Source of the DNA: Opitutales bacterium
GTDB lineage: Bacteria > Verrucomicrobiota > Verrucomicrobiia > Opitutales > PNEW01
Length of the DNA stretch: 64,000 bases
Direction of reading: 5' to 3'
Assembly: GCA_965197745.1 (NCBI GenBank)
Contig: CBDANS010000006.1
Coordinates: 320,001 to 384,000, forward strand
Positions 39,332-48,386 of this stretch are shown piece by piece. The first letter of the stretch is position 1, and every line of letters begins with the position of its first letter. The notes beneath the pieces were generated by a model. The model was not told the DNA's origin. It saw nothing but the letters and a program-made list of their open reading frames with translations, and did not search any database. The position numbers and the translations under genes were made by a program.

Positions 39332-39751
39332 CTAGGACCAGCAGGAGAGGACACCACCCATAATTGTGGTGCTTAACACGCGGTATCCGGCATTTATAAA
39401 CAAAAGTTTCACCGGACGGTTTTCCCAGAGAATATCGGAATAAATATTGAAGGCATAAATGGCCAGACCCAACCCGAAACCGAGGAGCAAGCCGTTTGGC
39501 CAGTAGATGATATCCAGGCTTTCTATCGTCAGGGCAATTACGATAGCAGTACCCAGAGTTAGAATGAAGGTGAGGATCATCGCCTTAGTCGAACTGCCAA
39601 GATTATCTTTGTTGAGTCCGGTAGCACTCAACCACGCTTTCCCAAAGAGGGGGCCGTACCAAAGCCAACCAATTATGAAGGTGACGATTGTCACAACAAT
39701 AATAGCAAGCCAATTAACTTCGCCAATCAGATAAGAGAGTGGATTAATCAT
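39332..39751 (-). CDS. DUF1761 family membrane protein
   Basis: NWLAI, GWLWYGPLFGKAW, LFINAGY; four TM helices. Confidence 0.82.
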   Translation of the reverse strand: MINPLSYLIGEVNWLAIIVVTIVTFIIGWLWYGPLFGKAWLSATGLNKDNLGSSTKAMILTFILTLGTAIVIALTIESLDIIYWPNGLLLGFGLGLAIYAFNIYSDILWENRPVKLLFINAGYRVLSTTIMGGVLSCWS

Positions 39752-39961
39752 ATTGATCTCCTGGATTTTGATGAGTTTTCATTAAGGAATAAACAATTAG
39801 ACAGAGACAGCGCAAAGCGCTGCTCTCATGGTGATCGTTATTCGCCTACGGCGTCAATATAATTAACTGTGAATTGTCTATTTGCGATCCGTCGCTGTCC
39901 ATAGTTCCGTCACTGTTAATTGAAGGATGGACATCATCAAAATCGACAATCGGTAATTCCC

Positions 39962-41683
39962 CTATTCATCATCAATGATTCCGTAAACCAATGTATTGGG
40001 GAAAAAGGCGTACCAGCCAAACCAATAAGCGAGGTGGCCACTGATGCGAGGCACTTCTAATCCCTCTTCGTTGATTAAAGCCTCTTCGGTAATGCTCCAC
40101 TCCCGTCCTTCGGCGTCGATCACGGTATCAACACTCATACCCGGGCTAAAGGTCTGTACTCCTCGATCATAAGCGCGCACTTCCGCTCCTGCCGAATAGG
40201 TGAGAGGAAAAGGTGTTTCAACGAAATCAACCGTAGCAATACCGCGTTGAGCAATTAAAACTACAGGGGTCTCGCCGATGAGATCATTAACCACTTGCTC
40301 CTCGGTGAGGGATTCGATGGGATACGCCTTGGGGATCCCCTCAATTTCAAGAGCGTAAATCTGATCCTTGGTGTCTAAAAGATCTCTTCTTTGCGCAACT
40401 GGAAATAAGGTATCAGGCGAGCCAAAGTATGTACCGTAGGCTCTGCCATTGGCATAGGGTCGATTAAAACCCGTTTCGATGTCGAGAACCGTGGTTTGCG
40501 GGTGCTGTTCCTGCCAGGATGCCCAGTCGGTGAGAACGACGGGTAAAATTTTAAGTTGCAGATTAGTTCCCGCAAGAGGTCCCAGAACCGGTTTCCCCGT
40601 GAACTGGTTCCAGAGTGTTCGCGTTTGCCGGTCGTACATCAGCTTATTGCTGCGAAAGAGAAATCCGGAAGTACCAAAGTTATAGGTGATTCCCTCAGCA
40701 ACACGGCCATCGTAAGCGATACCGGCCCCACAGAGAGTGCAGTAAGCAAGGGAAACGGGCACGCCGCCAATCACTTCATTCGCCATTTCGTGCCAGTCCA
40801 TAATGCGTAAAGGATAGGCACGCGCGTCACCGTTAATAGAGATCCCGAAAACCAGATCAGTAAGTTCCAGATAAGTTGCCGCTTCCGTTGATAACCTATT
40901 CGGGTTGTCAAGAGGTGGGATACCGTCCACCAACACACCACCCCATAAAATCTCTTCGGTGCGTATGCGCGAGGGGAAATCATCCCTGAGAAAATCACCA
41001 AATTCAGAATCAATATTGGATAAGAGGCGCCCTTTCCAACCGGTAAATCCAGAAGGTGGCGCGAGCTTAGTTAAACCATACCATTCTACCCAAGCAGCCC
41101 AACTGCCGCCAAAATTTTCACCACTTAGCGCCTCCAAGGTATCAATTATAATGGAGCGGCCTACCGCGACTTGGATGAATACCTCCTGGGCACGCATCAG
41201 CTCGATAAATACTGCAATATAACGTGTATCATTACGACTAACGATATCATCAATTAAGGTTAGCGCCGCATCGCTGTTTTCGCTTACCAGGGTGTCCAGC
41301 GTCTGCGCGGTTGCTTCCTTCTCTGTTATACGTGCCTCACGCAGGTTTGTTACCCATACCGACGTCTCGTAAATAAATAGATAGGGATAGGATTCATCAC
41401 TGGTCCAAATCCAACCGAGTTGCGAGTCCCAGAACCACACACTATCCGAGCTCGTGCCATCACTGTAGAGCCAGCCCTGTGTTTCGTGATATATCCAAGG
41501 AAAGGATGTGTCGTAAAAAAATCCCAACCATGCCGATTCTTTCCAACCCGATCCCAAATCTACAGTGTCCGCTCCCCGCCAGTCTTCATAAACGGTAGAT
41601 TGAGCAGTGGCATTTGCGGCCAGCAATAACCCAATTACCAACAGCGTATACACCCGCCAAAATGAAACAGAGGAATGCATCAT
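39962..41683 (-). CDS. DUF3179 domain protein with signal peptide and N-terminal Trp-rich module
   Basis: DGIPPLDNP, ARAYP..IM.WHE..N, YCTLCG, FGTSGFL..SNKLMYDRQT.TLW.Q, YWFGWYAFFP.T. Confidence 0.85.
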   Translation of the reverse strand: MMHSSVSFWRVYTLLVIGLLLAANATAQSTVYEDWRGADTVDLGSGWKESAWLGFFYDTSFPWIYHETQGWLYSDGTSSDSVWFWDSQLGWIWTSDESYPYLFIYETSVWVTNLREARITEKEATAQTLDTLVSENSDAALTLIDDIVSRNDTRYIAVFIELMRAQEVFIQVAVGRSIIIDTLEALSGENFGGSWAAWVEWYGLTKLAPPSGFTGWKGRLLSNIDSEFGDFLRDDFPSRIRTEEILWGGVLVDGIPPLDNPNRLSTEAATYLELTDLVFGISINGDARAYPLRIMDWHEMANEVIGGVPVSLAYCTLCGAGIAYDGRVAEGITYNFGTSGFLFRSNKLMYDRQTRTLWNQFTGKPVLGPLAGTNLQLKILPVVLTDWASWQEQHPQTTVLDIETGFNRPYANGRAYGTYFGSPDTLFPVAQRRDLLDTKDQIYALEIEGIPKAYPIESLTEEQVVNDLIGETPVVLIAQRGIATVDFVETPFPLTYSAGAEVRAYDRGVQTFSPGMSVDTVIDAEGREWSITEEALINEEGLEVPRISGHLAYWFGWYAFFPNTLVYGIIDDE

Positions 41684-42028
41684 TAGCTTAAAATCGGTCA
41701 AATCTCTAATTCAAACCTAGTGGTTAAACACCTTACACCTCTACGACAATCCCACTCTAACAATCGTTCCAAGTCTGGAAGAGAGTGTCCATATTATAAA
41801 TAATTCGAGGTATTTCAATTAAAGGGAATAACCTTAGCTTTTTATGCCTATTGTCGATTTTTTGATTGTTCCCCGTGGTTACTTTATAATAAATCCGCTA
41901 TTATGGACCCTGCAACTGGCATCTCTATCTATAAATTCTAATCTTGTGTTTTTACATGCCCCTTGCTAATCCGGATCGCAGTTACGCATTGAGAAACGAC
42001 AACGGGTGGCTATTATTATAAATTAGAT

Positions 42029-43378
42029 ATGGGGAAATCGACTCAAGAGTCAGCAATTGTAACTAATCGCCATAATGATTTGTACAATACTGCGCAGCTT
42101 TATTTACCGGGAGGAGTGTCTGCGTCCGCCCGAGCGAACGAAGCTTTGGGGCACCCTCTATACATATCTCGCGGCGATGGAGCGAAAATATATGATATAA
42201 ACGGCCGTGAGTATATCGACATGTGCATGTCCCATGGGGCTTCCTTACTTGGGCACAATCATCCTAAGATAAAAGCGGCGATCTCACGTGCATTAGATCT
42301 GGGAATCATTTGTTCATACGAAACCGAGCACCATTCCGCTTTAGCAAAAAGCATCACCGAGATGGTACCCTGTGCCGAGATGGTGCGCTTTGCGGGTTCA
42401 GGCACTGAAACCATTATACATGCATTGCGACTGGCGCGTTCCGCTACGGGCCGCGAGAAGATCATTAAATTCGAAGGGCACTTCCACGGCTATTCGGATG
42501 ATCTCAATTACAGTGTCGCACCCCCCCTCGATAAAGCCGGCCCTGAGGAAAACCCTCTTCCCTATCCACAGTCAACGGGGATGGCGAAGCACCTCACAGA
42601 CAATTTGATTGTCGTTCCCTTCAACGATTTTGCAGCACTGGAAAATGCATTTTCTGAACACGGGCAAGAGGTGGCAGCACTGATCATGGAACCCATCAAC
42701 TATGACGCAGGTTGTATTGTTCCAAAGCCAGGATTTATTCAATCCTGTCGCGATCTTTGTGATCAGCACGCTGTCCTGCTCTTTTTCGACGAAGTCCTCA
42801 CAGCTTTCCGTATGTCAAACGGGGGCGCACAAAAGTATCTTAATATAACACCTGACCTGTGTGTCCTGGGTAAAGCTTTCGGTGGCGGGATGCCAATCAG
42901 CGCTATTGCCGGTAAGCGAGAAGTTATGATGCATTTTCGTCCGGTGGGAGAAAGCGAACACAGTGGCACATACCTGTCACATTTGACCACGGTTCTTGCC
43001 GCGCAGGCAGCCTTGGATATATATGCTGAACCCGACTTTTATGATAACTTAAATAGAATCGGAGATAAATTTTACACCGGGTTCCAGGAGATAATTGATC
43101 GCAGTAGTCTGCCGGCACAATTACAATATGCGGGTCCCCGTTTTGGTATATATTTTGGGGTCACACATGAAGTGATAAACTACCGTGAAGCAGCCAACCA
43201 AAACCATGAGATGCTTTTAAAATTTATCGCGGGCTGTATCAATCGAGGGGTATACTTTCATGTCTCTCCCCACCACGGATTTTCATCTGCGCACACCGAA
43301 GAAGATATCGATCGCTCATTGGAAGGAATTGAGGGTGCTATGTCCGAGGTAAAAGACGCATTCCCCAACGGAAAATAA
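42029..43378 (+). CDS. Class III PLP aminotransferase, glutamate-1-semialdehyde-aminomutase-like
   Basis: LPGGVSA, SGTE, KFEGHFHG, FDEVLT, LGKAFGGGMP (PLP lysine). Confidence 0.88.
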   Translation: MGKSTQESAIVTNRHNDLYNTAQLYLPGGVSASARANEALGHPLYISRGDGAKIYDINGREYIDMCMSHGASLLGHNHPKIKAAISRALDLGIICSYETEHHSALAKSITEMVPCAEMVRFAGSGTETIIHALRLARSATGREKIIKFEGHFHGYSDDLNYSVAPPLDKAGPEENPLPYPQSTGMAKHLTDNLIVVPFNDFAALENAFSEHGQEVAALIMEPINYDAGCIVPKPGFIQSCRDLCDQHAVLLFFDEVLTAFRMSNGGAQKYLNITPDLCVLGKAFGGGMPISAIAGKREVMMHFRPVGESEHSGTYLSHLTTVLAAQAALDIYAEPDFYDNLNRIGDKFYTGFQEIIDRSSLPAQLQYAGPRFGIYFGVTHEVINYREAANQNHEMLLKFIAGCINRGVYFHVSPHHGFSSAHTEEDIDRSLEGIEGAMSEVKDAFPNGK

Positions 43379-43397
43379 ACATATAAAAGTAAATAAT

Positions 43398-44363
43398 ATG
43401 GAAAAGGTAAATGTTCTCTTTGCGGTAAGTGGACTGGAATCATACGTTGAGCGAATACAAGCGCTCTCACCCGGGTTGTCTATTCAAGCAGTTCAGAATT
43501 TGGATGAATTGAATAATAACCTAACCGAGGTTGAAGTGCTGGTCACAGAATTTCCCGATTTCGATTTAGAAAAGGGGCCCCAATTAAAGTGGGTGCATTG
43601 GTGGGGCACCGGAATCGAGTGCTTCAGTGATCAACCTATTATGCACAGCGATGTTGTTCTCACGAATGCGAGTGGTGTATCTTCTAAGCCCATTGCCGAG
43701 TATGTGCTTAGTCAGATGGTAAGTTTATCCCGCGATTACCCACGGATGATGCTCGACCATAAAGAACATTTTTGGAACAAAGATCACTTTCTGGAATACC
43801 GGCGTCCCGAATTGAGAGACAAAACGCTGGGAGTTATCGGTTACGGCAGTATCGGGCGTGAAATTGCGCGACTCGCCCAGTGCTTTGGCATGTCAGTAAT
43901 GGCCACGCGACGCTCATCGACCAGCCGGGAGATTGAAAAAGAAGTCGAAGTATTACCAAAAAATGACCTCGACCACTTGCTCGCAGCAAGTGATTTCATC
44001 GCCTTGAGCGTTCCCCTCACATCCGAAACAGAAGGTCTTATCGGCGAGGAGGAATTCAGGAAGATGAAACCAACTGCCTATATAATTAATATCACGCGGG
44101 GAAAAGTAATCAATGATAAGGCACTGGGGAAAGCATTGCGGGAAAACTGGATTGCAGGTGCGGCATTAGACGCTTTTGCCGAAGAACCTCTGCCCTCGAG
44201 CAGTGAACTCTGGGATTTACCGAATACTTTGATCACGCCTCATATCTCTGGAGATACCGACAGGCATAACGACCGTAACGCGGATGTATTTTGCGAAAAC
44301 CTGCGGCGTTATCTTAATGGAGAAGATCGCATAAACATTGTGGACATTGCCAGGGGCTATTAG
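43398..44363 (+). CDS. D-isomer-specific 2-hydroxyacid dehydrogenase
   Basis: GVIGYGSIG, NITRG, LDAF.EEPL, ITPHISG (Arg/Glu/His triad). Confidence 0.9.
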   Translation: MEKVNVLFAVSGLESYVERIQALSPGLSIQAVQNLDELNNNLTEVEVLVTEFPDFDLEKGPQLKWVHWWGTGIECFSDQPIMHSDVVLTNASGVSSKPIAEYVLSQMVSLSRDYPRMMLDHKEHFWNKDHFLEYRRPELRDKTLGVIGYGSIGREIARLAQCFGMSVMATRRSSTSREIEKEVEVLPKNDLDHLLAASDFIALSVPLTSETEGLIGEEEFRKMKPTAYIINITRGKVINDKALGKALRENWIAGAALDAFAEEPLPSSSELWDLPNTLITPHISGDTDRHNDRNADVFCENLRRYLNGEDRINIVDIARGY

Positions 44364-44403
44364 GGATTGAGTCAGTATTTAAAATATCAAAGAATAAGAA
44401 AAG

Positions 44404-45585
44404 ATGCAGCTCATTGATTATACGCGCGCATCCGTATTGATGCAGAAAGCAGGTCTGGAATTAATCCTCGCAAATTCAATAAGCAATGTAAGCTACCTGC
44501 TCGACTACTATTGTCACTGTATCAATAATTCAAGCTGGTTGCTTGATGATGGGAGCATGTTTTACCAGTCCTTTGTCGGACTGCCTGTGGATGAAAAGCA
44601 AACACCGTTTTTCACCCCCTGGGTAGGCGAAGGGGGGTTTTTTTCTGAAAATGAACCCTGGGTTAAAGATCGTTACTTCTATGGCCGTAAAATGCCGATT
44701 CCAGGTGTGGGCATAAACAATGAAAGACAAGCTGGTGATCCAGTCGAAGCAGCAGTATCAGCGATAAAAGACCGAAACCTGGCTTCATCATGTATTGGTG
44801 TGGAGATGGCTTCCCTACCTGTAGCATCCTATAAAAGATTGTGCGACGAATTACCCAAAGCCCGCTTTGCTGATGCCGGACCGCTCCTCTCGCAACTGCG
44901 ATCAGTTAAGGCTCCTGAAGAAGTCAGGCGAATGAAAATCGCTGGCAATACTACGGAGCATGCGATAAAAACAGCATACGACTCTGTGAAGGAAGGGACG
45001 ACAGAACTGGAATTTGAACATAATTTAAAAGTCTCCCTTGCTGAGGAAGGGGCCAAGTTTGTCTGGGCTCACGTCGCCTTTGGACCCAAGGGAGCTTCAG
45101 ATATAGTGCCGCGTGATGTGGCTGCCCGGCCAGGGGAAGCATTGCGTGTCGATACGGGTGGCAGCTATGGCGGCTATATCTGTGACATGTCTCGTGTGGG
45201 AGTGTTAGGCGATCCTGATCCCGAGCTTGTGAGAGCCATGGAGGCAACCTTTGAAACTTATAAAGCCGTACGGGGAGCCGTCAAAGCGGGGGCACGGGCG
45301 GGTGATCTTCATGAATTGGGATCACGGGTTATGAAAAGTAACAGTTATGAGCTATTTTCCTTTATGGTCGGTCATGGCATTGGTCGGGATGCGCACGAAT
45401 GGCCTTTTTTAGTTAAGGGAAGCGATATAATCCTGGAGGCCGGTATGACAATCTGTGTGGAAATCCCTCTTCGCATCCAGGGTCTTGGTTCAATCAACAT
45501 CGAGGACATGGTGCATGTAACAGAAAATGGTTGTGAATCAATCACCACTTCCAGTCCTGAACTCTACCTTATCAATCAAAATTGA
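44404..45585 (+). CDS. M24 (Xaa-Pro peptidase/creatinase fold) hydrolase 1
   Basis: RSVKAPEE, RVDTG...CDMSR, GHGIG..AHEWP, VEIP, IEDMV; the D/D/H/E/E metal set is intact. Confidence 0.88.
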   Translation: MQLIDYTRASVLMQKAGLELILANSISNVSYLLDYYCHCINNSSWLLDDGSMFYQSFVGLPVDEKQTPFFTPWVGEGGFFSENEPWVKDRYFYGRKMPIPGVGINNERQAGDPVEAAVSAIKDRNLASSCIGVEMASLPVASYKRLCDELPKARFADAGPLLSQLRSVKAPEEVRRMKIAGNTTEHAIKTAYDSVKEGTTELEFEHNLKVSLAEEGAKFVWAHVAFGPKGASDIVPRDVAARPGEALRVDTGGSYGGYICDMSRVGVLGDPDPELVRAMEATFETYKAVRGAVKAGARAGDLHELGSRVMKSNSYELFSFMVGHGIGRDAHEWPFLVKGSDIILEAGMTICVEIPLRIQGLGSINIEDMVHVTENGCESITTSSPELYLINQN

Positions 45586-45648
45586 TTCCATGGTGGGGTA
45601 TCGAACTTCACCCTTGGGACGAATTGTCGATTCCTTGCAAAGAATATT

Positions 45649-46022
45649 AACCACGGATTACGCGGATTCGGCGGATAAATACGAGAATGACTACGGATTA
45701 CGCGGATAGATACTGATGTTGATTTATGGAGTGTAAGATTAACGAATAGTACCGAGGGCCAGGAGCGAAGCCCGACATCACCCATTCAACACCTAAAAGA
45801 ACATGGACAGAAAAGAAATCTGTAATGTAGAAAATAGCCTTCGCTTCACTCGCATTTGCGAGTGCTAGAACGATCCGTTCAGGTATTTACACAACAATTT
45901 TGTGTAAATACCTGAGTTGGCGTTCAGAAGCGCTACCGCGCGCAGCGAAGACGATTTTCCACATTACAGATTCCCTTTTTACCTTTTGAAATTTATCCGT
46001 GTAATCCGTGATATCCGCGGTA
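45649..46022. mobile_element. Nested palindromic, MITE/REP-like non-coding element
   Basis: Outer 9-mer-based imperfect IR (45649-45680/45991-46022), middle 26/29 IR (45817-45845/45944-45972), inner perfect 16-bp IR (45879-45894/45900-45915). Mobility is inferred. Confidence 0.65.
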
Positions 46023-46200
46023 TTATACTTTGGAGATTTCGCTGTGTTCTCGTATTGCCTTTTGCTTTGCCTGATATAGTCACGTAGCTGCGGGACGGTC
46101 AGCCCGCGCTCAAGCTATGGCCGTTCAAGACTGAAATTATCATAGTTTCTATCCAATTGGCTATTGCAAACCAGCTTCTGGAATTCGACAATTGAAAGCC

Positions 46201-47070
46201 ATGAATGATTCCAGCTGGAAACCCCTGGAAGGGAATATAGATGAAATGCTGAAGGAGAATAACAATCCCATAGGAGCGTTAGCGGCTGGGGAGATACCCG
46301 CGATTATTTTGCGCAATGCTTATCCCTCAGAAATGTGTTCACAACTTGTCGCGCGTTTCTATGAGCGGGATCTGGTCCCCGGCCTGCCAAAGCCCGGCGA
46401 ACTCATCACCGGGAAGCGTGACTTTGAACGCATAGATATCGGCACCAGTCTCTCCAATATCGGTGATGATCAAAATCATTTTTTCGCTGATGCTGAAAAG
46501 ACTACCCAACTCTATGAAACGCTCTTTGCAGGGATGCAAAATCCCATTCACCAACTATACGAAACCATCACCCGTTTATCACCGGGGAAACAGGCAGTGA
46601 CCGCCTACGAGCCTGATGGACGTCATTATGGGGCTGCAATTTTTCGTTGTCATATGCCCGACTGGGGCTATCCACCGCATATCGACTCGGTAAGTATTCG
46701 TGATGGGCGAACGAATTACGCTGTTCACCGGTTTCATACCCAATTGGGGGGTATATTACTGGTGCAAGCACCGGAAAAAAAACCAACCGGTTTTGATTCC
46801 ATCATACACCGCAGTGAATGGAATAAAAATCTGGAACTGGAACATTATAGCGCAGGGGGTATAGGCGTTCTAACAAAATCTTTTTATGAATACGCTGAAA
46901 AAAATCGGATCGAAAGTTACGGCGTGTCGCTAGCTGAAGGAGACATTTATTTTTTTAACTCCCACCGACTTCATGAGGCGCCGCGTTTTACGGGCAATCG
47001 TCCACGGATTGTCTTGGCTACCTTTTTCGGTTACACAGACGATGATCCCGAAATATTTGTCTGGTCATAA
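46201..47070 (+). CDS. Putative 2-oxoglutarate/Fe(II)-dependent oxygenase
   Basis: HID (HxD), GDIYFFNSHRLHE (distal His), RPRIV (2OG-binding Arg). Confidence 0.72.
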   Translation: MNDSSWKPLEGNIDEMLKENNNPIGALAAGEIPAIILRNAYPSEMCSQLVARFYERDLVPGLPKPGELITGKRDFERIDIGTSLSNIGDDQNHFFADAEKTTQLYETLFAGMQNPIHQLYETITRLSPGKQAVTAYEPDGRHYGAAIFRCHMPDWGYPPHIDSVSIRDGRTNYAVHRFHTQLGGILLVQAPEKKPTGFDSIIHRSEWNKNLELEHYSAGGIGVLTKSFYEYAEKNRIESYGVSLAEGDIYFFNSHRLHEAPRFTGNRPRIVLATFFGYTDDDPEIFVWS

Positions 47071-47134
47071 GGATATTAGTAAAGGGCCAAACAAGGTATT
47101 CACCATGCGTCATAATGATTAATCAAAGAAAAAG

Positions 47135-48328
47135 ATGATACTTTTCGACGAAGAAAAAGCATCATTAATGATGCAATCACAGGGTGTGGACATTATACTG
47201 GCCCACAGCCTGATCAATGGCGGCTTTCTCGCTGACCATTGGAAGCACGAAATCGTTTCAAGCTTTGGATCCTACATGACCGACGATGATGGGGTCCCCT
47301 ACCAGTTAATCGTCGGTCTGCCCGGTGACCGAAAGATAGAACCATTTATTACCTGCAGAACCGGGGGTGAAGAAGGCGACATGTTTTATACCGAGGTATG
47401 GATTGAAGATAAACGCTTTTGGGGACCCGGCACGGCGAACCGGGAATCAAATTCTCCCTTTGGACCCTATAACCAAATTTATAGTGATCCCATGGAAGCT
47501 GCCGTAGATGCCTTGCGTGACCGCAACCTTGATCGCGGGACGATCGGTATTGAAATGCGTTTCCTCGGTATAGATCCCTACCATCGTTTAAAAAGCCTTT
47601 TACCAGAAGCGACTTTTGTCGACGCAAACCCATTGCTGAATGACTTGCGTATGGTTAAAACCGAGGAAGAAGTCCGACGCATGCGCATCGCCGCCAGGGC
47701 AACAGAAAAAGCAATCGAAGCTGCATTTAAAACAATTGAGGAAGGGACAACCGGCCTGGACATGGAACGTATCGTCGGTGCCACGCACTATGAAGAAGGG
47801 GTGCGGCATGAGTGGCTGCATACTAATGTAGGCCCCAGTGGCGCGCAGGTCATCTGTCCTAATAACACATCGGTAAATCGCGGTGAAATCTTAAGGTTGG
47901 ATGTGGGCGCCAGCTACAGACATTATCAGAGTGATATATCGCGGGTCAGTGTATTAGGTGAACCCTCACCTGAGCTTCTTAAAACGCACCGTGGGATGCG
48001 CAAGGCATTGGACGCAGTGGTAGAAGCCGCGCGGCCGGGCGTTACTGCTGGTCATCTTTTTACGGTCGGAAATACTGTCGTTGAAGATGAAGGGCTTGAA
48101 AACTTTTTAACTATCGTCGGGCATGGTGTGGGGCGCGACATTCATGAAATGCCTTTCCTCAAAGAGGGTAATCCGATAATAATGGAATCAGGCATGACCT
48201 TAGCGATCGAATTGGCAACGATGATAAAACACCTGGGTTGTATCGCTCTCGAAGACGATATCGTTATTACAAAGGATGGCTGCGAAGCGTTGAGCACGAC
48301 AGGACGCGAACTTTATATAGTCGAATAA
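47135..48328 (+). CDS. M24 (Xaa-Pro peptidase/creatinase fold) hydrolase 2
   Basis: RMVKTEEE, RLDVG...SDISR, GHGVG..IHEMP, IELA, LEDDI. Confidence 0.88.
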   Translation: MILFDEEKASLMMQSQGVDIILAHSLINGGFLADHWKHEIVSSFGSYMTDDDGVPYQLIVGLPGDRKIEPFITCRTGGEEGDMFYTEVWIEDKRFWGPGTANRESNSPFGPYNQIYSDPMEAAVDALRDRNLDRGTIGIEMRFLGIDPYHRLKSLLPEATFVDANPLLNDLRMVKTEEEVRRMRIAARATEKAIEAAFKTIEEGTTGLDMERIVGATHYEEGVRHEWLHTNVGPSGAQVICPNNTSVNRGEILRLDVGASYRHYQSDISRVSVLGEPSPELLKTHRGMRKALDAVVEAARPGVTAGHLFTVGNTVVEDEGLENFLTIVGHGVGRDIHEMPFLKEGNPIIMESGMTLAIELATMIKHLGCIALEDDIVITKDGCEALSTTGRELYIVE

Positions 48329-48386
48329 ATTCTTTAAAAACCAAATAAAAGTTAGCGCGACAGTACCCAGCTTTACGGTAATTAAG

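Noticed and set aside
42029..43378. Calling the aminotransferase hemL
   Set aside because: It has GGVSA and HSGTYLSH where HemL typically has GGVNSP and QAGTLSGNP, and its context is catabolic with no hem genes.
42029..48328. Ectoine degradation (doe/eut) cluster
   Set aside because: M24 plus class III aminotransferase is suggestive, but there is no DoeB deacetylase, DoeC dehydrogenase, EutB/C or Ehu/TRAP transporter.
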